DNA of 64,000 nucleotides from Chthoniobacteraceae bacterium (GTDB lineage Bacteria; Verrucomicrobiota; Verrucomicrobiia; Chthoniobacterales; Chthoniobacteraceae): NCBI GenBank assembly GCA_037190965.1, contig JBBCKI010000003.1, positions 27,032 to 91,031 of the forward strand, read 5' to 3'. Shown piece by piece: positions 9,880 to 16,996 of this stretch (position 1 is its first letter; each line of letters starts with the position of its first letter). The notes under the pieces were generated by a model. It saw only the letters and a program-made list of their open reading frames with translations, ran no database searches and was not told where the DNA came from. The position numbers and the translations under genes were made by a program.

Positions 9880-10379
9880 AGGCGGAAGACATTGAAGCCA
9901 GATTAAACGCAGCTTTTGACGGGATGTCCGATGAGGAGTTCCGCGAGACGCTCGACGACGAAGAGATCGAGTACTTCTCGACGGTTGAACCCTTGGGGAT
10001 TATCCCAAGCGCATCGCTTGTCAACGTCAATGTGGCCGCCGGTGCGGCGTGGGCAGCCTTGTTGGCCGATTCCTTGCGCCGGAATGCAAGGGTGCAATGC
10101 GAGTTTATATCCGCGCACCTGCACTCTGATGCAGAAAAACAGCATTCTGACGCGTCGATAGAGTGGCTTTCTTCTGTTTTGAAAGATTGGTTGGGGGCGA
10201 AACCCTTGGAGAAGGCGATTGAGATTTCTTACGTTAAGCCCAATGATTTTTGGAAGTGTGAGCGCAGCGCAAAAGAGACCGATTGCTCCATTCCCCGAGT
10301 CCCCATGAAGGCATTTCAAGATACTTCAAGACCTGGAAAGGAGGCAGCAGAGAATGAACATCTCGCCCTTGCAGCTTAA
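9876..10379 (+). CDS. putative antitoxin (CmdA-like) with C-terminal ssrA-like degron
   Basis: ATGA overlap with the toxin stop; acidic N-terminus; lies between toxin and chaperone; ends AAENEHLALAA. Confidence 0.75.
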   Translation: MKAEDIEARLNAAFDGMSDEEFRETLDDEEIEYFSTVEPLGIIPSASLVNVNVAAGAAWAALLADSLRRNARVQCEFISAHLHSDAEKQHSDASIEWLSSVLKDWLGAKPLEKAIEISYVKPNDFWKCERSAKETDCSIPRVPMKAFQDTSRPGKEAAENEHLALAA

Positions 10380-10815
10380 ACATAGTTGGATTGAACGGCT
10401 CGATTTTCAATGCGCCTCTTTCGGGGAAGATGTGTCTGATACGTCAGATGTATCTGTAGAGGTTGACTACGGACAGCATCCGTCGAACCCGCAGGAGTGG
10501 ATGGTTGGGCTCACTACAGTCATTTCAAATTCTAACGAAGAAGAGGTGGCGAAATATTTGGCAACGGTCAAATTTGTTGGACTATTTCGAGTCGATGCTG
10601 AGTTGGAAAGAGAGAAGCAGTTGAAGATCGTGGCAGTTAATGCGCCGTCAGTCCTTTTCTCCGCGACGAGGGAGGTACTTGTGCAGATAACAGCTCGAAG
10701 CCCTCTTGGGCCTATTGAGCTCCCTACGCTTTCTTTCTTGGGGCACAATCTCACTGAGCCTGATGCGCCAGCGGAGGCGCGGGAAGGCGGCGTTGAGTCG
10801 CAGGGGAAGGCTTAG
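10354..10815 (+). CDS. SecB-like chaperone (CmdC-like)
   Basis: 153 aa; VGLF...VNAPSVLFSATREVLVQITARSPLGPIELPTLSF matches the SecB helix/LP signature; SD AAGGAGG at 10338-10344. Confidence 0.88.
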   Translation: MNISPLQLKHSWIERLDFQCASFGEDVSDTSDVSVEVDYGQHPSNPQEWMVGLTTVISNSNEEEVAKYLATVKFVGLFRVDAELEREKQLKIVAVNAPSVLFSATREVLVQITARSPLGPIELPTLSFLGHNLTEPDAPAEAREGGVESQGKA

Positions 10816-10831
10816 TTCTAAGAATACCAAC

Positions 10832-10869
10832 AAACCCCGGCCTTCCAGAAGGAGGTCGGGGTTTTGTTT
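10832..10869 (+). terminator. rho-independent terminator of the TAC operon (possibly bidirectional)
   Basis: AAACCCCGGCCTTC-cagaag-GAGGTCGGGGTTTT stem followed by a T-rich tail. Confidence 0.75.
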
Positions 10870-11056
10870 AATGGGGTGTAGGCAAAACCAGCTCGGCGGC
10901 GGGCTATCGCTGAGGGTATTCACTGAGGCGCATCTGGTGGATCGATTGTTATTGCTGCTTTCTTCGCCAGCTCCCTATATCGCTCCAGATAGGTGCAGAG
11001 GAACACGTCAACAGGGATGGCGTGCCGCTGGAGGGAGTCCAGAAGCTCCCTGATAG

Positions 11057-11260
11057 CGTAGCGGCTCCGGCGCGCCGCGTTTTCCGCGCCTGCCTTTACT
11101 CCGCCGCTTGATGCCGAGCAGCACCTTATTGGGTGCTTCCGGCCCCAAGCGGTCACCTTGGCGAACTCTCAAGCAGTTCGCCACGGGCTCTTTTCCCCGT
11201 CATTCGCGCGTATCTCTCGCGCATCTTCTCCGTGTATCCCTCAATGCTTGCTTCACTCAT
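11057..11260 (-). pseudogene. N-terminal remnant of IS transposase
   Basis: ATG 11260; across two frameshifts reads MSEASIEGYTEKMRERYARMTGKRARGELL/EFAKVTAWGRKH/NKVLLGIKRRSKGRRGKRGAP, matching the RxRY...K...LLDEF..VTG..RKHAxKVL N-terminus of integrase-core IS transposases. Confidence 0.7.
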
Positions 11261-11424
11261 GGGCCATGGTGTCTCCATTTTGTGATGGCAACGGGCCCTT
11301 CCTGCCGACTCAAGTAACTATTTCGGTGTCCGCTTCAATAGGCAACACGCCCGGCAACTTCCTTGCAAAAAATACTGGATTTCCAATCCCCCGAGCCTTA
11401 TACATCGCCCTCCACTGATTTTGG

Positions 11425-11499
11425 GCGCGGTTAGCTCAGCGGTAGAGCGCTTGCTTCACACGCAAGAAGTCACAGGTTCGAACCCTGTACCGCGCACCA
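11425..11499 (+). tRNA. tRNA-Val (CAC)
   Basis: Acceptor GCGCGGT/ACCGCGC, D-arm GCTC/GAGC, anticodon arm CTTGC-TTCACAC-GCAAG, T-arm ACAGG-TTCGAAC-CCTGT, encoded CCA. Confidence 0.97.
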
Positions 11500-11541
11500 T
11501 TTTCGTGATTTTTTCAGGCTCGCAGCCTGACTTTGGGAGAG

Positions 11542-12867
11542 TCACTCAGCGGCTCCCACCACCTCCTCTACCCCCAACCGTAGCGCTTCCACACACTGCG
11601 CGATCTGCGCTTCGCTCACGCAATACGGAGGCATGAGGGTGATGGTGTCGCGGATGGGGCGGGTCAACAGGCCATGCTTTCGGGCGGCGACGCAGACGCG
11701 GGCGCCGGTTTGCTCCTGCCAGGGGAACGGCTCGCCGCTGGATTGAGTGACCTCAAAGGCGGCAATAAAACCGCATTGGCGAACATTGCGGATGTTGGGA
11801 TGGCCGTCAAGGGTCGCGAGCGAACGGGCGAGTTGCGCGATTTTCTCCTGAACCCGATCCATCACGCACTCCTCGCGGAAGATGGCAAGGTTGGCCAGGG
11901 CAGCAGCGCAGCCGAGTTGATTGGCCGTGTAGCTGTGGCCGTAAAAGAAGGATTTCAGCTCCGCATAATCGCCAAGAAACGCTTCGTAGATTTCCTCGCG
12001 AACCAGCGTTGCCGCCAGCGGCAGGTAACCGCCGGTCAGCCCCTTGGCCAGCGCGACGAAATCCGGGATGACCCCTTCCCGCTCGCAGGCAAACATCGTT
12101 CCGGTACGGCCAAAACCGGTCATCACCTCGTCGACGATGAGATACACCCCGTGGCGGTCGCACCAGGCACGCAGCCGCGCCAACATTCCCGCAGGCCAGA
12201 TCTGCATTCCCGCCGAGCCCTGGATGAGCGGCTCGATAACCACCGCCGTCACTTCTTTGGGGTCGATCCGGTCCTGATTGCAATCTCCGGCCCCGGAACG
12301 CGCCTCCAGTTCATCCATGGAAGCGACGTGCACCGTGGGAAACTGATGCGCGGCGAAACGCCCATGAAACGCGCTGATCCCCCCAAGGCTGCTCGCCCCC
12401 ATGGTGTCCCCATGATAGGCGTTGGCAAACGCGATGAAGCGCATCCGCTCCCCTTCCCCCCGCTGCTGGCGGGACTGGACGGCCATCTTCAGGGCAGCCT
12501 CGATGGCGGTGCTGCCGTCGTCGGAAAAGAAAACGCGGGTCAGTTCGGAAGGCGAGCCATCGGGATGGCTCCAAAGTGCCACCAATTCCTCCGCGAGCCG
12601 GATGGCGGGCGGATTGGTAAAACCGAGAAATGAAGTGTGCGCCACCTTGTCGAGCTGCTCCCGGATCGCGGCGTTGATACGCGGGTGGCGATGCCCGTGC
12701 AGGTTCGTCCAGATGGACGAATTCCCGTCGATATACTCGCGCCCTTCGCTGTCGCGCAGCAGCGTCCCCTCGCCCTCCACGAGAACAAGCGGTTCATGCC
12801 CCGGGGCGCACCAGTCGCGCATCTGCGTGAAGGGGTGCCACGAATGGCGCTTCTCGGCGTCGATCAT
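11542..12867 (-). CDS. bioA: adenosylmethionine-8-amino-7-oxononanoate aminotransferase
   Basis: WHPFTQM, YHGDT, DEVMTGFGRTG, AKGLTGGYLPLA, GHSYTAN. Confidence 0.92.
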   Translation of the reverse strand: MIDAEKRHSWHPFTQMRDWCAPGHEPLVLVEGEGTLLRDSEGREYIDGNSSIWTNLHGHRHPRINAAIREQLDKVAHTSFLGFTNPPAIRLAEELVALWSHPDGSPSELTRVFFSDDGSTAIEAALKMAVQSRQQRGEGERMRFIAFANAYHGDTMGASSLGGISAFHGRFAAHQFPTVHVASMDELEARSGAGDCNQDRIDPKEVTAVVIEPLIQGSAGMQIWPAGMLARLRAWCDRHGVYLIVDEVMTGFGRTGTMFACEREGVIPDFVALAKGLTGGYLPLAATLVREEIYEAFLGDYAELKSFFYGHSYTANQLGCAAALANLAIFREECVMDRVQEKIAQLARSLATLDGHPNIRNVRQCGFIAAFEVTQSSGEPFPWQEQTGARVCVAARKHGLLTRPIRDTITLMPPYCVSEAQIAQCVEALRLGVEEVVGAAE

Positions 12868-13121
12868 TCCCCGCCCCGCGCCTCGATCATCTTTTCAATC
12901 AGGACGACGTCCTCGTAGGCCGCGCGGCGGCGCTGGTATTTGCGGAAGAGGACGTCGCGGAGTTCGATGAGATCCTCCATGAGCGGCGGCTCGTGATAAG
13001 TCCAGTCAAGGTCGCTCTTGAGCTTGGACTGAATGCGCCAATCGCCCCCGAATTTAATGGCCCGCACCTCGCGCTTTTCGCCTTCGGCGGTCCTCTCTGT
13101 CCAAATGTGCTTGTTGTGCAT
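12864..13121 (-). CDS. small hypothetical protein
   Basis: 85 aa from ATG 13121 (MHNKHIWTER...RKYQRRRA); host-like codon usage; stop overlaps the bioA start. Confidence 0.7.
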   Translation of the reverse strand: MHNKHIWTERTAEGEKREVRAIKFGGDWRIQSKLKSDLDWTYHEPPLMEDLIELRDVLFRKYQRRRAAYEDVVLIEKMIEARGGE

Positions 13122-13160
13122 GGCTGTGTCGTTGAGATTTGCGGCCAAACTTCTCTCACT

Positions 13161-14096
13161 TTGAAGGAACTTGGCAAAATCATTTTGTATCTTGTCGCCA
13201 CGGTCGTCCTTGGCGCCCTCCTCGCACCGCAACTTTATTGGGGGCTGATGTGGCTCAACGGCCATGGCCTGCTCCTCAATTTGGCCGATGTCGAGTTTCA
13301 GCGGGTCTTCCACCGCGGCATCCTGGTGGCCGCCATCGTTCTACTGTGGCCTCTGGTGAAATGGATCCAGATTCCCCATATCCGCGGGCTGGGGCTTCGA
13401 CCGAACCCGCTCCGCTGGCAGGACCTGGCGATCGGCTTCCTCGCCTCGTTCCTCGTCATGGCGTTGCTCGCCGCCGTGTTGATCCATCTGGAAATTTACA
13501 CGCTACGGAAATCGCCCAAATGGGATGAACTGAGAGCGGTCATGGTTTCGGCGGTGGTGGTTTCCCTTTTGGAGGAAGGCTTGTTCCGGGGCGCGTTCCT
13601 GGGGCTCCTGAACCGGACGATGCGCCCGTTCCTTTCGCTCTTTGCCGTCTCCTCGATCTACTCGGTCGTGCATTTTCTGAAACCGGACAAGGAACCCGTC
13701 ACCGACGCCGTCATCACCTGGACTTCGGGTTTCCCTCTGCTTCTGGAAGCGCTGGAGCCCTTCAAATTTCACAACCTGTCGGAATTCCTGATCTTCTTCG
13801 GCGGCTTCGCCACCCTCTTTGCGGTCGGCTGGATCCTCGGCTGGACGCGCCTGAAGACCGGCTCTCTCTGGATGGCCATCGGCCTTCACGCAGGCTGGAT
13901 CCTCGGCAAGATGGGCCTCGGAAAGATCGCCCGGCGCAAAATTACCGACACCCTTCCATGGCTCGGGGAGGACATCACCATCGGGCTGGTTTCCCTCGGC
14001 ATGGTCATCCTCACCGGGCTGCTCGTCTGGTACTGGATCGGCAGGATTCGCAAAACGCCTCATGAACATTCCGTGGCCCCTGCAAAGGTTGTTTAA
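13161..14096 (+). CDS. CPBP family intramembrane metalloprotease (CAAX/Abi-like)
   Basis: EEGLFRG, YSVVH and HAGW motifs with multiple TM segments; start TTG 13161 inferred. Confidence 0.85.
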   Translation: MKELGKIILYLVATVVLGALLAPQLYWGLMWLNGHGLLLNLADVEFQRVFHRGILVAAIVLLWPLVKWIQIPHIRGLGLRPNPLRWQDLAIGFLASFLVMALLAAVLIHLEIYTLRKSPKWDELRAVMVSAVVVSLLEEGLFRGAFLGLLNRTMRPFLSLFAVSSIYSVVHFLKPDKEPVTDAVITWTSGFPLLLEALEPFKFHNLSEFLIFFGGFATLFAVGWILGWTRLKTGSLWMAIGLHAGWILGKMGLGKIARRKITDTLPWLGEDITIGLVSLGMVILTGLLVWYWIGRIRKTPHEHSVAPAKVV

Positions 14097-14814
14097 CGCG
14101 GCGACCCGGGGAGGCCGGAGTTTTCTCAACCTCCTCTACCCGCCGCACTGCATCCTCTGCCGGGCGGAAACCGCCGCCCGCGAGTTTGCCTGCCGGCGCT
14201 GCCTCCGCACGGCCGTCCCCGTCGGCACCCCATGTTGCCAGGTCTGCTCCGCGCCCTTCGAAGGAGCCATTGAGGGAACCTTCACCTGCCCTGCCTGCCG
14301 GGAGCAAAAATTTGCCTTCGGTTGCGCCGTGGCCTCCCGCCGCAATCAGGGATCCGCGCGAGAGCTTGTCCACCGGTTCAAATACCAGAACCAGCTCTAC
14401 CTCCGGCACCTTTTGGCGGATTGGCTGCTGGAAGCCATCGCCGATCCCCGCCTCCAGACGCCGCAGCCCGATTGCCTCGTTCCCGTCCCCCTGCACCCCA
14501 CCCGACAGCGCGAACGGGGGTTCAACCAGGCGCATCTTCTGGCAAAAATTGCGGCCCAAAAAAGCGGCATCCCCCTGCTTCCCTCCCTGAAACGCATCCG
14601 TTTCACCCCCACCCAGACCCGGCTCGATCGAGAGGCCCGCATCGAAAACTTGCGCAATGCCTTTGGAATGATCCAAACTGTGGATGTGCGCAACCTGCAT
14701 CTGCTTCTCATCGACGACGTGCTGACCACCGGGTCCACCGTCAACGAATGCGCCCGTGTCCTCAAGACGGCGGGCGCGGCGTCCGTTCGCGTTGCCGCCG
14801 TCATTCGAGGTTAA
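14062..14814 (+). CDS. comF: ComF family phosphoribosyltransferase-like protein with zinc ribbon
   Basis: Four CxxC motifs, RGFNQA, IDDVLTTGST. Confidence 0.88.
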   Translation: MNIPWPLQRLFNAATRGGRSFLNLLYPPHCILCRAETAAREFACRRCLRTAVPVGTPCCQVCSAPFEGAIEGTFTCPACREQKFAFGCAVASRRNQGSARELVHRFKYQNQLYLRHLLADWLLEAIADPRLQTPQPDCLVPVPLHPTRQRERGFNQAHLLAKIAAQKSGIPLLPSLKRIRFTPTQTRLDREARIENLRNAFGMIQTVDVRNLHLLLIDDVLTTGSTVNECARVLKTAGAASVRVAAVIRG

Positions 14815-14847
14815 AGCCGCACCCAACTTCAACGATTCACCAACCCT

Positions 14848-15693
14848 ATGGGTATTTTCCAACGTCCGACGTTCATTTCAAAAAGCTCCAAAAAACTGGA
14901 GATCCCCGAGGGGCTCTGGGAAAAGTGCCCAAGCTGCAAGGAGGTCATCTCCAATCTTGAGCTTGCGGAGAACTACCACGTCTGCCCCAAGTGCGACCAC
15001 CACTTCACCATCGGCGCGCATGACCGGCTCGCCAAGCTGCTCGACGCCGGGAGCTTCGAGGAACTCGACGCCGACATGACCTCCGTCGATACCCTGAAAT
15101 TCCAGGGAATGGCCTCCTACACCGACCGGCTCAAAACCTACCAGAAAAAGACCGGCCTTGTGGACGCTTTCGTCAGCGGGATGGGCAAGCTTGAGGGGCG
15201 GCGCATCGCCGTGGGCGTGATGGATTTCCGTTTCCTCGCCGCCACCATGGGCTCCGTCGTCGGCGAAAAGATCACCCGCCTGATCGAACGCGCCACGAAG
15301 GAACAAACCGCCGTCATCATCTTCTGCGCCTCCGGCGGCGCGCGGATGTACGAAGGGATGCTCAGCCTCATGCAGATGGCCAAGACCTGCGGCGCTCTCG
15401 CGCTCCATCAGCAGGCCGGGCTACCCTACATTTCCGTCATGACTCACCCGACCACCGGGGGCGTCAGCGCCAGCTTTGCCACCGTGGGCGACATCAACAT
15501 CGCGGAACCCAAAGCCATGATCGGCTTTGCCGGGCCGCGTGTCATCCGCGAGACCACGCACCAGGATCTCCCCGCCGGTTTCCAGACCGCCGAGTTTCTC
15601 GACCAGCACGGCCTCGTCGACATGATCGTGCATCGCAAGAAAATGAGGGACTCCCTCGCCGACGTGCTTGGTTACGTGCTCCCGGCGAAATAA
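14848..15693 (+). CDS. accD: acetyl-CoA carboxylase carboxyltransferase beta subunit
   Basis: WEKCPSC...CPKC zinc finger, SGGARMYEG, PTTGGVSAS, GFAGPRVI. Confidence 0.95.
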   Translation: MGIFQRPTFISKSSKKLEIPEGLWEKCPSCKEVISNLELAENYHVCPKCDHHFTIGAHDRLAKLLDAGSFEELDADMTSVDTLKFQGMASYTDRLKTYQKKTGLVDAFVSGMGKLEGRRIAVGVMDFRFLAATMGSVVGEKITRLIERATKEQTAVIIFCASGGARMYEGMLSLMQMAKTCGALALHQQAGLPYISVMTHPTTGGVSASFATVGDINIAEPKAMIGFAGPRVIRETTHQDLPAGFQTAEFLDQHGLVDMIVHRKKMRDSLADVLGYVLPAK

Positions 15694-15713
15694 GAGCGTT
15701 TTACGCCCATCCC

Positions 15714-16961
15714 GTGAACTATCCGGACGCCGTCGCGTGGCTCTACTCCACGCAGGGGATTGGGATCAAGCTGGGGCTGGAGAATATCCAACGTCTGCTC
15801 GACCTGCCGGGGGCACGCCGCTTCTCAGAGCCGCGCCCGCGCATCCTCCATGTCGCGGGCACCAACGGCAAAGGCTCCGTCTGCGCCATGCTTGACGCGA
15901 TCTGCCGCGCGGCGGGGCTGCACACGGGGCTTTACACCTCACCGCATCTCGTCACCTATCGGGAGCGGATCCGGGTCGATGGAGCCATGATCCCCGAAGA
16001 CGCCGTCGCCGCCGGGCTCACCCGTCTGCGCGAAGCCACCTCCGGCTGGGAACATCCCCCGACCTTCTTCGAACTCACCACCGCCCTTGCCCTCGACTGG
16101 TTCGCGAGACAGAGCGTCGAAATCGTGGTGCTCGAAACCGGTCTCGGCGGCAGGCTCGACTCCAGCAACGCCGTCACTCCCGCCGTCTCGGTCCTCACAC
16201 CGATCAGCTTCGACCACGCCCAATACCTCGGTAACACCCTGGCGAGCATCGCCGCCGAAAAGGCCGGGATCATCAAGCCCCGCATCCCCGTCGTCAGCGC
16301 CTCCCAACCGGGCGAAGCCACGAAGGTCGTCGAAGAGACCGCAGCCCGCCTCGCCTCGCCCCTCCAATGGGTCACGGAGCCTGTCGCCTACGAGATCGCC
16401 CTTCCCGGCTCCCATCAGGCCTCCAACGCCGCCCTGGCCATCGCGGCGCTCCGAGCCGCGGCGATCCCGGTTTCTGAAGAAGCTATCCAACAAGGCTTGC
16501 GGGAAGTCGTCTGGCCGGGCCGCTTCCAGCGGCTCACCCTCCCCTCGGGAACCCCACTCGTCCTCGACGGCGCCCATAACGAAGCCGCCGCGGAACGACT
16601 GGTGCAGACCTGGCGTGAACTCTACGACGAAGAAAGGCCGATCATCATCCTGGGCGCATTGGGAGACAAGGATCTCACCGCCATCTGCCGGAACCTGGCC
16701 CCCCTCGCCGCCGAGTTTATCGTCACCCCCGTCGCCAACCCGCGTTCCTCTTCCGCCGAAGCGCTGGCGCAAATGCTTGGAGAATACGCACCCGGCGTCC
16801 CATGCGCTATCGCTGCCTCCGTCGAGGAGGCTCTGCATCTTGGGAATGCAAGAGCCTCAAAAACGGGGAAACGCCTCCTTGTCACCGGTTCGCTCTTCCT
16901 GATCGGCGAAACGATAACATTACTGGAAGGACGCGAGACGGAATTCAATAGCGCTCAATAG
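15714..16961 (+). CDS. folC: folylpolyglutamate synthase/dihydrofolate synthase
   Basis: HVAGTNGKGS, TSPHL, ETGLGGRLD, LDGAHN. Confidence 0.95.
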   Translation: MNYPDAVAWLYSTQGIGIKLGLENIQRLLDLPGARRFSEPRPRILHVAGTNGKGSVCAMLDAICRAAGLHTGLYTSPHLVTYRERIRVDGAMIPEDAVAAGLTRLREATSGWEHPPTFFELTTALALDWFARQSVEIVVLETGLGGRLDSSNAVTPAVSVLTPISFDHAQYLGNTLASIAAEKAGIIKPRIPVVSASQPGEATKVVEETAARLASPLQWVTEPVAYEIALPGSHQASNAALAIAALRAAAIPVSEEAIQQGLREVVWPGRFQRLTLPSGTPLVLDGAHNEAAAERLVQTWRELYDEERPIIILGALGDKDLTAICRNLAPLAAEFIVTPVANPRSSSAEALAQMLGEYAPGVPCAIAASVEEALHLGNARASKTGKRLLVTGSLFLIGETITLLEGRETEFNSAQ

Positions 16962-16996
16962 CGCGCAGTGCCCCAAGGCGTGGCCACAGCCCCCAA

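Larger units (their letters stand above)
8928..11347 (-). mobile_element. decayed IS shell (TGT...ACA ends, DDE/rve-type transposase remnants) enclosing a toxin-antitoxin-chaperone operon
   Basis: 23-bp imperfect terminal inverted repeats TGTTGACTCATAATTAGGACACC (8928-8950) and TGTTGCCTATTGAAGCGGACACC (rc of 11325-11347), 16/23 ungapped; inner repeat at 11268-11292; transposase remnants just inside both ends; no clean target duplication. Confidence 0.65.

Noticed and set aside
10344..10379. tmRNA gene suggested by the ssrA-like tag
   Set aside because: The tag is the in-frame end of a 167-aa ORF inside an operon, and no tRNA-like tmRNA ends are visible around it
11425..11520. tRNA-Val as the integration site of the adjacent accessory block
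   Set aside because: The foreign DNA is on the 5' side of the tRNA, I saw no duplicated tRNA 3' end and there is no integrase; IS ends explain the block better
13161..14096. CPBP/Abi protease as an abortive-infection gene
   Set aside because: The Abi label for this family does not imply defence, and the gene sits in a housekeeping run with comF-accD-folC
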